A DNA stretch of 58,576 nucleotides from Nanobdellota archaeon (GCA_030647965.1 JAUSIT010000038.1:1-58576), one strand, 5' to 3'; counted from the stretch's first letter, positions 8,833-17,574 are shown. Numbers and translations: made by a program. Notes: generated by a model from the letters alone, not told the origin.

Positions 8833-9609
8833 ATGAAGTTTAGGCCTTGTATTGATTTGCATGAAGGAAAAGTTAAACAAATAGTGGGAAAAACACTAAA
8901 TAATAATGCAGAAAATTTAGTTGAAAATTTTATTTCTGATTATGATGCAGATTATTTTGCTGAAATATATAAAAAAGATAAATTAAATGATGGCCATGTT
9001 ATTATGCTTGGCTCAAGTAATGAAAAGCAGGCTTTGAAAGCACTACATTCTTATCCAAAAGGATTTCAAATTGGAGGAGGTATTAATCCGCAGAATGCAT
9101 TATATTTTATTAAAGAAGGAGCAAGCCATGTTATTGCAAGCTCTTATATTTTTGAAAATAATCAACTTTGCTTAAGAAAACTAGAAGAAATAGTTAATAG
9201 TGTTGGAAAATCTAATTTAGTTTTAGATTTAAGTTGTAAATTGAAAGATGAAAAGTATTTTGTGATGATAAATTCTTGGCAAAAACTCACTAATTTTGAA
9301 ATATCTTTAGAAAATCTTTCTTTATTATCTAAATATTGTGATGAATTTTTAATTCATGCAGTAGATGTTGAAGGACAATCCAAGGGCATTGAAATAAATC
9401 TGGTGAAAAAACTATCTGAATGGGTTAATCTACCTAATGTAAAAACTCCGGTAACTTATGCAGGAAGTATAAATTCTCTAGAAGATATTAAATTATTATA
9501 TAAATTAAGCAATGGGAAGCTAGATTTTAGTGTTGGAAGTAGTTTGGATATTTTTGGTGGAGATCTTCCTTATAAAAAATTAATTAATTTAAGAGATTTA
9601 ACTGTTTAA
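8833..9609 (+). CDS. hisA: ProFAR isomerase, His6/eukaryotic-type HisA
   Basis: FRPCIDLHEGKVKQIVG, QIGGGI, LVLDLSC, EFLIHAVDVEG, GSSLDIFGG. Confidence 0.92.
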   Translation: MKFRPCIDLHEGKVKQIVGKTLNNNAENLVENFISDYDADYFAEIYKKDKLNDGHVIMLGSSNEKQALKALHSYPKGFQIGGGINPQNALYFIKEGASHVIASSYIFENNQLCLRKLEEIVNSVGKSNLVLDLSCKLKDEKYFVMINSWQKLTNFEISLENLSLLSKYCDEFLIHAVDVEGQSKGIEINLVKKLSEWVNLPNVKTPVTYAGSINSLEDIKLLYKLSNGKLDFSVGSSLDIFGGDLPYKKLINLRDLTV

Positions 9610-9621
9610 ACAGCTGTTTAA
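9593..9621 (+). repeat. 29-bp direct repeat (left copy) containing the TGTTTAAACA palindrome
   Basis: GAGATTTAACTGTTTAAACAGCTGTTTAA; one mismatch to 10742-10770. Confidence 0.9.
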
Positions 9622-9657
9622 AATAATTATAATAATTCTTATATAAAAAGTCAAGTA

Positions 9658-9846
9658 TTATTGCTTATCGAGAATAGCCTGTTTTTCTTGTTTAGTTTTC
9701 TCTTTAGCTTCAATTTCCTTTTCATAATATCTTACAAGATCTTCATTATTTTCTTCTTCTGCCTGTTTTTTCTTTTCTTCATGCAATTCGACTTGCTTTT
9801 GCAGTGAACTTATACCTTTTTTCAATCTCTTTTTTCTGTCCGTCAT
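9658..9846 (-). CDS. Small charged coiled-coil protein
   Basis: 62-aa ORF directly downstream of the nucleotidyltransferase gene. Confidence 0.65.
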   Translation of the reverse strand: MTDRKKRLKKGISSLQKQVELHEEKKKQAEEENNEDLVRYYEKEIEAKEKTKQEKQAILDKQ

Positions 9847-9848
9847 TT

Positions 9849-10625
9849 TTATTCTTTAGATAACTTATCTATTTCTTTTTTTAAAAAATTTATGAGTTTC
9901 TCTCCAGTTTCTATAGGAATTTCATTTTTAATATTTTTATTATCTCTTACATACCTATAAACTTCATAAACTTTTTCATAATCTATTTCTATATTCTTTT
10001 TAATCCATGTTCTAAAAGAAGAATTTGAATATAATTTATTTTTTAAGAGACAGTTGATTATAAAAACTCCTCTTAATCTTAATATTGCAGAATAAAGAAC
10101 ACTAGTTGAAACTGTTTTTCCTGTTTTTCTGTCTAATTCCAGTAGATCTTCGCTGGATTTTACAGATATTTTTTTTGTAGATTCTATAAAAGAAGAAAAA
10201 TCTTTTAGAGCTATCTTTTTATTTTTATATTTGTCTAAATAATCTTCATTTATTATAGCTTTAGCTTCTTTAAATATAGAATACATTAGAATTGGGTTGG
10301 TTTTTATTGCAGATTCTATAGAATGCTCTGGAATAACTAAAAATTCAAAATTTCTCTTTTTTTCTATCTTAAATTTTTCTTTGGAGATAATTAAAACATC
10401 GATATCAGAGGTTTCAGAAGCTTCTGCTCTTGCATGTGAACCATAAATAAAAACTGCAATTATCTTATTAAGATGGGGGTAAAGAATTTCCATTATCTCT
10501 TCCTTTATGCTTTTCTTTTCTATTCTTATAATTAAGACTTTTTCATTCATCCATTCTTTTGGTGCAAAAATATGCGCCCCATTTCCTATTTCAGTAACCT
10601 TTCTTATTATCTGTTCTTGTTCCAT
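9849..10625 (-). CDS. Minimal nucleotidyltransferase fused to N-terminal DUF2080-like domain and helical (HEPN-like) C-terminus
   Basis: KVTEIGNGAHIFAPKEW N-terminus; YGSHAR..SDIDVL MNT motif. Confidence 0.82.
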   Translation of the reverse strand: MEQEQIIRKVTEIGNGAHIFAPKEWMNEKVLIIRIEKKSIKEEIMEILYPHLNKIIAVFIYGSHARAEASETSDIDVLIISKEKFKIEKKRNFEFLVIPEHSIESAIKTNPILMYSIFKEAKAIINEDYLDKYKNKKIALKDFSSFIESTKKISVKSSEDLLELDRKTGKTVSTSVLYSAILRLRGVFIINCLLKNKLYSNSSFRTWIKKNIEIDYEKVYEVYRYVRDNKNIKNEIPIETGEKLINFLKKEIDKLSKE

Positions 10626-10741
10626 GTATATACTAGGTATATACCACTATTTAAAGGTTTTTATTAAGATTTAAAGTGGCTTTATGCTCTTGAGAAAAAG
10701 AAATTTAATGGATAAAAAAAGAAAATACTAAATATTTTGAC

Positions 10742-10770
10742 GAGATTTAGCTGTTTAAACAGCTGTTTAA
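10742..10770 (+). repeat. 29-bp direct repeat (right copy)
   Basis: GAGATTTAGCTGTTTAAACAGCTGTTTAA. Confidence 0.9.
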
Positions 10771-10844
10771 GTGTTAAACATGGGCTGTTTAATAGGATAA
10801 TATATAACACTAATTCTTAAAAAGAGTTTTACCAATTAAATAAA

Positions 10845-11705
10845 ATGTATTTTCCATGGAATGATTATGAAGAAATAGCAAGTAATAGGAAAAATACTCT
10901 TCAAGTTTTTATAACAACAAGATGTAATTTGAAGTGTAATGGGTGTTTTGCAAAAAATGTAATGGGTGAAAAAGCAAAAGATATTTCTCTTAAAGAATAT
11001 TCTTTAGTAATTGATGATTTTCTTGAAAAAGATGGAAAACAAATAAATATTCTTGGTGGAGAGCCTTTACTTCATCCAAAAATAAGGGAAATTGTTCAAA
11101 TTAACCGAGATAAAAACATTAAAACAACTATTTATACAAATGGCTCTTATTTAAACAGGTTTAATGAAAAAGATTTTGAAAATGCAAAACTTCGGCTTTC
11201 CTTATATTGTAAATCAGGAAAAAATAAGAGTTTAGATTCAATGATTAAAACAGATTTTCCAATAGATGTCTGCTTTATGGTTTCAAGCAAAACTACAAAA
11301 AAAGAGCTTGTTGAAACAGCAGATGAACTTGAAAAAAATTACAATACTAATGTATTTTTTATTTCAAGTATAAGAGAATTAGACAATCCAAGAAAAGAAT
11401 TTTTTGATGATACTGAATTAAGTATGAATGTTTTAGCATATAAAGAGCTTGTTCATGAATTTTTGCAAGAATATAAAGGAAATATGGAAATACATATATC
11501 AAAAAGAGGAGTTTTTGAAAGCACAAAAACTATTGCAGGAAATAAATGTAAGTTTGCAAATTATTTTATTGGTGGCAAGATAATCCAATGCCCTTATGAT
11601 ACTATAAATCTGAAATTCCAGAAAGATTATTTGTTTGATACAAGAAACTGCCAGCAAAACAACAGCTGTTTAATGAGTAAGATTGTTGTTAAGAGAAAAA
11701 GTTAG
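10845..11705 (+). CDS. Radical SAM protein
   Basis: CNLKCNGC, GGEPLLHP, YTNG; Cys-containing C-terminal extension. Confidence 0.9.
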   Translation: MYFPWNDYEEIASNRKNTLQVFITTRCNLKCNGCFAKNVMGEKAKDISLKEYSLVIDDFLEKDGKQINILGGEPLLHPKIREIVQINRDKNIKTTIYTNGSYLNRFNEKDFENAKLRLSLYCKSGKNKSLDSMIKTDFPIDVCFMVSSKTTKKELVETADELEKNYNTNVFFISSIRELDNPRKEFFDDTELSMNVLAYKELVHEFLQEYKGNMEIHISKRGVFESTKTIAGNKCKFANYFIGGKIIQCPYDTINLKFQKDYLFDTRNCQQNNSCLMSKIVVKRKS

Positions 11706-11712
11706 TGATTGT

Positions 11713-12021
11713 TTAAACAATAAACCGCTCGGGATTCTCTTCTCTAACTTTTTTTAAACATTTAATAAAAGTAGTCATTGTTCCATTACATTCTTCTTTT
11801 AAATATTCTTCAAATTCTTCTTTATTATTTGGAGCAAAATGATGGCAATCTAAACATAAAGTAATTAAATTTTCAAGTTCATCTTTTCCTTGAAAAGTTA
11901 AAGGAATAATGTGGTGGGCTTCTAAAAATTTTTCAGATTTATCTTGAATTTTACATTTTTGACAGGTAAAATCATCTCTTTCAAATGCTTTTTTTCTTAA
12001 GACACTATTTCTTTTCTTCAT
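11713..12021 (-). CDS. HNH endonuclease
   Basis: ERDDFTCQKC, HHIIP, ENLITLCLDCH. Confidence 0.9.
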   Translation of the reverse strand: MKKRNSVLRKKAFERDDFTCQKCKIQDKSEKFLEAHHIIPLTFQGKDELENLITLCLDCHHFAPNNKEEFEEYLKEECNGTMTTFIKCLKKVREENPERFIV

Positions 12022-12853
12022 TTTTCATTAAATTATCTAAGGGGGATGAAACTTTTTTCATTTCTTCTGATGAAATATGGGTATAAATTTGAGTTGTTGA
12101 AAGGTCTGCATGGCCTAATAATTCCTGAATCATTCTTATATCTGTTCCTGATTCTAATAAGTGAGTTGCAAAGGAATGTCTTAGTGTATGAGGATGAACA
12201 GATTTTTTTATTCCTGCTTTTTGCGCTACGTTTTGAATAATCTTTTGCATGTTTCTTGAAGATAATTTTCCATTTGGGCCTGTGAAAAGATATTCTTGAT
12301 TGTTTTGTTTTTGTAATTCTGCTTGTTCTTTTAAATTATCTGCCAAGAAATTAGGAATATTAAAATTCCTATCTTTTTTTCCTTTAGCCTGCCTTACATG
12401 ACCTATTTTTTCATCAAAATCCATATCCCTCATTTTTAAATTAATTAATTCTGAAACTCTAAAACCACATGCATAAATTAAAGAGAGCATTAACTTGCTT
12501 TTTTTATTTACGGCCGACTCAAGCAGTTTTCTGACTTCGTCTTTAGATAAAACAACAGGTATTTTTTTCTCTCGTTTTGGTCTTTTTATTCCTGCAGTTA
12601 TATCTTTGTTTAAGAGGTTAGAATAGGCATATTTTACAGCAGCAAGAAACAAGATAGAAGACATAGAAGATTTTTCTGCTAATTTTTCTGCCATGAAAAG
12701 CTTAATATCGTCTTGAGTTATCTCTTCAGGATTTTTCTTGGAAAAATCAATAAGTTTAGAGTTAGAAGAAAGATAGTTTCTAATAGTATGGGGGGAGTTT
12801 TTAGAGATTTTTAGTTCTGTTTCGATTTTTTTTAAGAAAACCTCTTTTTCCAT
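12005..12853 (-). CDS. xerA: XerA-like tyrosine recombinase
   Basis: GFRVSE, KGKKDR, HTLRHSFATHLLE, LLGHADLSTTQIY. Confidence 0.93.
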   Translation of the reverse strand: MEKEVFLKKIETELKISKNSPHTIRNYLSSNSKLIDFSKKNPEEITQDDIKLFMAEKLAEKSSMSSILFLAAVKYAYSNLLNKDITAGIKRPKREKKIPVVLSKDEVRKLLESAVNKKSKLMLSLIYACGFRVSELINLKMRDMDFDEKIGHVRQAKGKKDRNFNIPNFLADNLKEQAELQKQNNQEYLFTGPNGKLSSRNMQKIIQNVAQKAGIKKSVHPHTLRHSFATHLLESGTDIRMIQELLGHADLSTTQIYTHISSEEMKKVSSPLDNLMKNEEKK

Positions 12854-12907
12854 GATTTTGATTGTGCGAACTTGTTTAAAAATCTAATGTAATAATTGTA
12901 AAACCAG

Positions 12908-13399
12908 TTAATAGCTTCCTTTAATATCTGTCCTTAATTTCTTTTCTTGTGGGTTAAATCCTTTTTCTCTAAGAAGATTAAACATCTCTTCTTTAAATTG
13001 AAGATTATGAAGCATTTGATGATGATTTGGACATAAGCCTATCAAATTATCTTGAGAATTATTTTTTCTATTTTGATCAAGATGATGTAAATCGACTACT
13101 TTATCAAATCCACAAATAACACATTTTTCTGTGATTTTTTTATAGATTTCATAATCTAAACCATAAAGTTGCATTTGATTTCTAGCTTTTTGATAGTCTA
13201 AAAAATAAGTAGTATTATAACATCCCCCACATAACCCTTTACTTTTTAAAAACATTAATCTTTGACATCTTTTACAAACTTTCTTTTTTCTAGGCCATTT
13301 AAATTTTCTATAACAATTATGACAAATTTCTCCAGTAAATCGATTGTTTTCTTTTCCGCATTTTGGACAAACTTTCCCCTGTAATAATTTTATGGACAT
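12908..13399 (-). CDS. Zinc-ribbon + HNH nuclease domain protein
   Basis: Several CxxC pairs, then CVICG..DLHHLDQN..NLIGLCPNHH. Confidence 0.82.
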   Translation of the reverse strand: MSIKLLQGKVCPKCGKENNRFTGEICHNCYRKFKWPRKKKVCKRCQRLMFLKSKGLCGGCYNTTYFLDYQKARNQMQLYGLDYEIYKKITEKCVICGFDKVVDLHHLDQNRKNNSQDNLIGLCPNHHQMLHNLQFKEEMFNLLREKGFNPQEKKLRTDIKGSY

Positions 13400-13406
13400 A
13401 ACATAA

Positions 13407-13467
13407 TCAGGTACCTGAAGTATATAAATCTTTTGATGACAAAAATGTAACTTTTAAGTAGGTACCC
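13407..13467. promoter_or_regulatory. Two GGTACC-centred palindromes between divergent HNH and AbrB-like genes (possible operators)
   Basis: TCAGGTACCTGA at 13407-13418; AGGTACCC at 13460-13467; both next to TATA-like boxes. Confidence 0.5.
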
Positions 13468-13503
13468 GATAAATTTAAATAGTTAAAAGTTTTTAATCTA
13501 ATT

Positions 13504-13671
13504 ATGAAACTACAAAAACAAAAATCAGATTATAAAAGAGGCTACTCCAAATATGTAGTCGTAATTCCAGAAGATTTGATTAAGAAGGCTGAATTAAAAG
13601 AATCTGATGAATTAGTTGGAGAAGTTGAAAAACATAGAATAATACTTAAGAAAGTTGAAAAAATGGTCTAA
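13504..13671 (+). CDS. AbrB/MazE/SpoVT-like small DNA-binding protein (55 aa, not in ORF track)
   Basis: MKLQKQKSDYKRGYSKYVVVIPEDLIKKAELKESDELVGEVEKHRIILKKVEKMV. Confidence 0.8.
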   Translation: MKLQKQKSDYKRGYSKYVVVIPEDLIKKAELKESDELVGEVEKHRIILKKVEKMV

Positions 13672-13696
13672 ATTGACTAAAACCCTGATTTCTAAA

Positions 13697-13724
13697 CGTT
13701 CTGATAATATAGGTTATCAGAACC
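13697..13724. other. dif-like Xer recombination site
   Basis: CGTTCTGATAA-TATAGG-TTATCAGAACC: 11-6-11 inverted arms with TAA-N6-TTA core, about 850 bp from xerA. Confidence 0.8.
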
Positions 13725-13762
13725 TTTTGGGTTATTGAGGGATTTTTGAGAGAAAAATAATA

Positions 13763-14080
13763 TTAATGTCTCCAAAATTGACTATCCCTACCTTTGTCAC
13801 ATTCGTCTTCTGTTTCTGTGCTCTTAGGTAAGCTTTGTGAAAGAACTTCTAAATCCTTAAGATGTTTTTCTAGAGGAATAGGAGTATAATCTAATGTTAA
13901 AAAATATGCTTTAAAATAAACAGTAGGAGGATTTCCTGTGATAATTATGCTCTCTTTTCCGTCAGGTTGATTATTTAAAGGAGTATATTTATTACCTCTT
14001 GAATCTACAAAAGTTCTTCCTTTAATTCCGCCATTTAAAAGATAATATGCTAAATCTTTAGTTAAAGAAGTTTCTGACAT
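13763..14080 (-). CDS. Hypothetical protein, QS(L/S)PKST family unit 1
   Basis: LEVLSQSLPKSTETEDE..GRDSQFWRH. Confidence 0.7.
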   Translation of the reverse strand: MSETSLTKDLAYYLLNGGIKGRTFVDSRGNKYTPLNNQPDGKESIIITGNPPTVYFKAYFLTLDYTPIPLEKHLKDLEVLSQSLPKSTETEDECDKGRDSQFWRH

Positions 14081-14123
14081 ATTTTAAATTAATAAATAGT
14101 ATTTTTAAAGATTATTGTGATTT

Positions 14124-14468
14124 TTAGGCAAAAGGTTTATTTGGATTGCTTGGACCATAAGGATCATTAAAAACAGTTAGTGGTTCAATTGTGCTCTTAG
14201 GTAAGCTTTGTGCAGAAACCTCTAACCCTGATTGTGTTTTTTCAATTTCTTGAATCTCTAAATCAGTAAGACGCTCATAACCAGCTAATTTATCATATCC
14301 TAAGATAATTGTTTCTCTATTATATTTATTATCTTTATTATCTTCTAAAACAAGTACATTAAAACCATGATCATGAATCTCTAAAACTTTTATAATCTTG
14401 AAAGAATGTTTCTTTTGATAATAATTTCCTTTAACTGCATTCGATATATCTTCATATATATTTGTCAT
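14124..14468 (-). CDS. Hypothetical protein, QS(L/S)PKST family unit 2
   Basis: LEVSAQSLPKSTIEPLTVFNDPYG. Confidence 0.7.
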   Translation of the reverse strand: MTNIYEDISNAVKGNYYQKKHSFKIIKVLEIHDHGFNVLVLEDNKDNKYNRETIILGYDKLAGYERLTDLEIQEIEKTQSGLEVSAQSLPKSTIEPLTVFNDPYGPSNPNKPFA

Positions 14469-14519
14469 GTTATTTTTTAATTAACTTGATTTTTAAATAT
14501 TATTGTGATTTAACATTAA

Positions 14520-14934
14520 TTAATGTCTATAAAATATACTATCTCTTCCTTCTCCACCATACACTTCATCTTCTGTATCTGTGCTCTTAGGTGAGCTTTG
14601 TGCAAGAGGTATATCTTCATAGTGATCTTTGATTAAAACTTCTTGAGGGGTTTTTTCTCCTGAATATCTTATTAACATTTTAATTTCTTCAGGATTGTCA
14701 TTTTTAAAATCAGAAAAACAATGTGCCACCCACACTTTGATTGGCACTTGTTTTTGGGATGCTCCGAAATTAAAACCAGTAAATTACAACCCAATTCTAA
14801 AGAATTAAGTTTTAATTTCAGACATAACCAATAACCTGATATTGAGCACCATCAAAAATACTATCTATAAACTTTTGATGAATAATAGAATTAATTCCTT
14901 GGTTTTTTATAATATCTTGTAAATTGTCTGTCAT
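14520..14934 (-). pseudogene. QS(L/S)PKST family unit 3, interrupted by a family A element
   Basis: Removing the 115-bp insert restores a 99-aa ORF MTDNLQDII..QVIGY-FKNDNPEE..AQSSPKSTD..RDSIFYRH. Confidence 0.8.
14709..14825 (-). mobile_element. Family A hairpin element
   Basis: Minus strand AT-GTCTGAAATTAAAAC..GTTTTAATTTCGGAGCATCCCAAAAACAA..TTGTTTTTCTG-AT. Confidence 0.85.
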
Positions 14935-14942
14935 TTTGATTT

Positions 14943-15458
14943 TTAGTATTTTTTCTCTATTCTTGGGCCATAATCCCTATCTTTTGAATGAGAAGGAACT
15001 TTAGGTCCTATAAATGTTTGATTAGATTCTTCAGATATTTCTAAGTTTAAAGTGGGATTAGAATTTTCAAGGGCTTTTAATAATGATTCAGGATTATATT
15101 CATTAGGGATTCCTAAGTTTAATGTTGACCCATGATTAATAGCATAAGGATCGTCTGCAACAGTAAATGATTTATATGATTTTTCTGTGCTCTTAGGTGA
15201 GCTTTGTTCAGGCCCCAATACTAATTCTGTTAAACCTTGTTCCATCCAGTTAGCTAATTTATGAAGTTCAGAGATCTTTTCTTCTGGATTTTTAATTGAA
15301 ATAAACCTCTTATCATAAAATCCATTCTTGACTATTGGATAAGTTGTTCCATTAGGTTTATGAAGTATAAAATTATTATCTTGTGTTTCCCCTTTATAAA
15401 TTACTATTTCCTCCTGTGGAGTATCAAATTTATAAAAACCTGGTTTGTCTATGGCCAT
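14943..15458 (-). CDS. Hypothetical protein, QS(L/S)PKST family unit 4
   Basis: PEQSSPKSTEKSYKSFTVADDPYA. Confidence 0.7.
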   Translation of the reverse strand: MAIDKPGFYKFDTPQEEIVIYKGETQDNNFILHKPNGTTYPIVKNGFYDKRFISIKNPEEKISELHKLANWMEQGLTELVLGPEQSSPKSTEKSYKSFTVADDPYAINHGSTLNLGIPNEYNPESLLKALENSNPTLNLEISEESNQTFIGPKVPSHSKDRDYGPRIEKKY

Positions 15459-15684
15459 AAATAATTTATTAATTTTGATTATTTAAAGATTATTGTGATT
15501 TAGGAGTGATTTAGGGAAATTTTTGAGTAATTTTTGCCTAGCGGCCTACTTTTTTTAGCAGTGTCTGGGGTTTTGTTCACTTTGGTTAGCAAAGTGCAAT
15601 GATAATAAAAATAAATATGAATAAAATATGAAAAGAAAAATAAAGAAAAGAAAAAAAGAAGTAGAAAAATAATTGCAATTATTT

Positions 15685-15882
15685 TTATCTATTAAATAAA
15701 GCCATTATTAAGCTTACAATTGCGCCTATAACTACAATCCAACCTGCAATTTGAGTTACAATTGTAGGAAGTATTGGGATAGTTAGTGTATTGTATATCA
15801 TTCCAAAGCCAACTGCAAGTGAAACTAAAATACCTGTTAGCCATACAACAATATTCAAAACTCCTGAATCTGCTTTTGCCAT
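15685..15882 (-). CDS. Small two-TM membrane protein
   Basis: Two hydrophobic helices; GGAGGT Shine-Dalgarno upstream. Confidence 0.8.
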   Translation of the reverse strand: MAKADSGVLNIVVWLTGILVSLAVGFGMIYNTLTIPILPTIVTQIAGWIVVIGAIVSLIMALFNR

Positions 15883-15917
15883 ATTTTACCTCCTTTTTTA
15901 ATTTATTTTTTATTAAT

Positions 15918-16208
15918 TTATTCTTTTTTAGTTCCTGGTGCAAAACTTAAAAGAGCAAGTGAAATAAAAAAAGAAAGCCCAAACACAGTAATATATGTTT
16001 TCAAAAGGCTTGGACTATAGCCCAAATATACTCTTTCAACATTTAGATCTAAAATTGAATCAGGATTTAGCGTACAAAAAGTCCATGCATAGTCTGGATT
16101 TGGAACAGAAGGTGCTGTTTGACATGGGATAAAACTTGAAAATAAAGATATTGAAAACACAGCTAGTGCAAAAAATAATGAAGCAATCACTCTATTTTTT
16201 AATTTCAT
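15918..16208 (-). CDS. Small membrane protein (two TM, loop with two Cys)
   Basis: Hydrophobic ends flanking PCQTAP..WTFC. Confidence 0.75.
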   Translation of the reverse strand: MKLKNRVIASLFFALAVFSISLFSSFIPCQTAPSVPNPDYAWTFCTLNPDSILDLNVERVYLGYSPSLLKTYITVFGLSFFISLALLSFAPGTKKE

Positions 16209-16276
16209 ATTAACTCTTTTTAATAGACTTATTAAGATAGTGTAGTTTATAAATTTTTTGAGTTTTTCTCTGTTAA

Positions 16277-16407
16277 ATCAAAAAAACAAAAGGGCACTAC
16301 CTCTTGAAAGGTATGGTTTGTAAAGCCCCTTTGTTTTTAGGATGATCAGAAATTAACGCAGTAAAGTTATATCTACATGATAAATAATGCAGTTTAATTT
16401 CTGACAT
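16277..16407 (-). mobile_element. Family A hairpin element
   Basis: First hairpin is the near reverse-complement of 48989-49063; AT at both ends. Confidence 0.85.
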
Positions 16408-16490
16408 CAACTAAAAAATATAAAAAAAATCAAATAGATTATTCTTCGACATCAAGAACATTTAGCTTATTTTTTCTAATTTTCCTCACA

Positions 16491-16730
16491 AACTTAAACA
16501 GGCTTAAACAGCCAGTGTGATTTTTTAAACAGGTGTGGCTTATTTTAGCTGTTTAAACAGCTGTTTAAACAAATTATCTTTTTTATTTATTAAAACTTAA
16601 ACAGCCAAAGTTTTATCGACTATAAATGTGCTGTTTAAACAGCAAACAGCTGTTTTAAACAACCTTAAAAAAGATAAAAAATAGGCCTTTTTTGAGGTTT
16701 AAAAAACTAGGGCTGTTTAAACAGCCGAAA
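16491..16730. repeat. Cluster of (GC)TGTTTAAACA(GC) palindromes and TAAACAG half-sites
   Basis: Full palindromes near 16549, 16560, 16630, 16712, plus several half-sites; the last abuts TTTATAAA of the downstream gene. Confidence 0.85.
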
Positions 16731-16764
16731 CATTTATAAATGAGAAAGATTGTAAATTATTAAG

Positions 16765-17376
16765 ATGTTTGGATTTTTCAAAAAAAACAAAGATGTAAGC
16801 AAATTAAAAGAAGAGGTATATCATTCTTTCAATTCTGTTAAAAAAGATATAAATAAAGTAGGTGAATGGGTTGCGCATTTCGACGCAAAACATAAAAATT
16901 TTGATAAAGAACTAGTTGAATTAAAAGACCAGCTTTATTACATTAGGGAAGATCTAAATGAGATAAAAGACTTTGTTTCTTTCTTTGGACCACAGTTAAC
17001 TAAACAGCCGTTTAAACAGGCACAAACAGGTAGGGATAAACAAACAGCTGTTCAAGCTGTTCAAACACCTGTCCAAACGGCTGTTCAAACAGGCATTTTA
17101 TCTGGTTTAACTGTTATGGAAAGGGCAATTGTGTTTGCTTTGTTAAACTCTGATGTAAAGCTAAGCTATGAAGATTTAGCAGCTGTTTTAGGGAAAGATA
17201 AGAGTACTATCAGGGGCCAGATAAATGGGATAAGACAAAAGAGTGAAGGCTTAATTGAAGAGTCAATTGAACCAAATGGTAAGAAAAGGATCTATATTCC
17301 AGAGAAAATGAAGGAATTTGTGCTCAAAAGTGTAAAAGTGAGAGTTAGACCTGATAAAAGGGCTAAAAAATACTAA
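16765..17376 (+). CDS. Coiled-coil + QTAVQ-repeat linker + winged-helix protein
   Basis: LTVMERAIV..LSYEDLAAVLGKDKSTIRGQIN..NGKKRIY HTH/wing pattern. Confidence 0.82.
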   Translation: MFGFFKKNKDVSKLKEEVYHSFNSVKKDINKVGEWVAHFDAKHKNFDKELVELKDQLYYIREDLNEIKDFVSFFGPQLTKQPFKQAQTGRDKQTAVQAVQTPVQTAVQTGILSGLTVMERAIVFALLNSDVKLSYEDLAAVLGKDKSTIRGQINGIRQKSEGLIEESIEPNGKKRIYIPEKMKEFVLKSVKVRVRPDKRAKKY

Positions 17377-17429
17377 AAAACCAGTGTTTTTATTGGTTTT
17401 TAGGTCAAAAAGTGTAAAAGTGAGAGTTA
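17326..17429 (+). repeat. 22-bp perfect direct repeat AAAAGTGTAAAAGTGAGAGTTA
   Basis: Copies at 17326-17347 (inside ORF) and 17408-17429 (intergenic). Confidence 0.9.
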
Positions 17430-17574
17430 AATAAAACAAACAGGTTATAAAAAATGAGAAAAATAAAAATTTTCAACAAAAAAGTGAGTGAAAAAATAAG
17501 AAATTATCTCTTAGCAAAAAAGAGAGAGATCAAAATAAAGAGATTTTAGCAAATTTTCAGCAAGAAAGTGAGGA

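Noticed and set aside
12005..12853. Integron integrase call
   Set aside because: No IntI-specific insertion is visible between the catalytic boxes; a dif-like site nearby favours XerA
13763..15503. CRISPR-like reading of the 24-bp repeat
   Set aside because: Spacing is about 370-600 bp, repeats are in-frame within ORFs, and there are no cas genes
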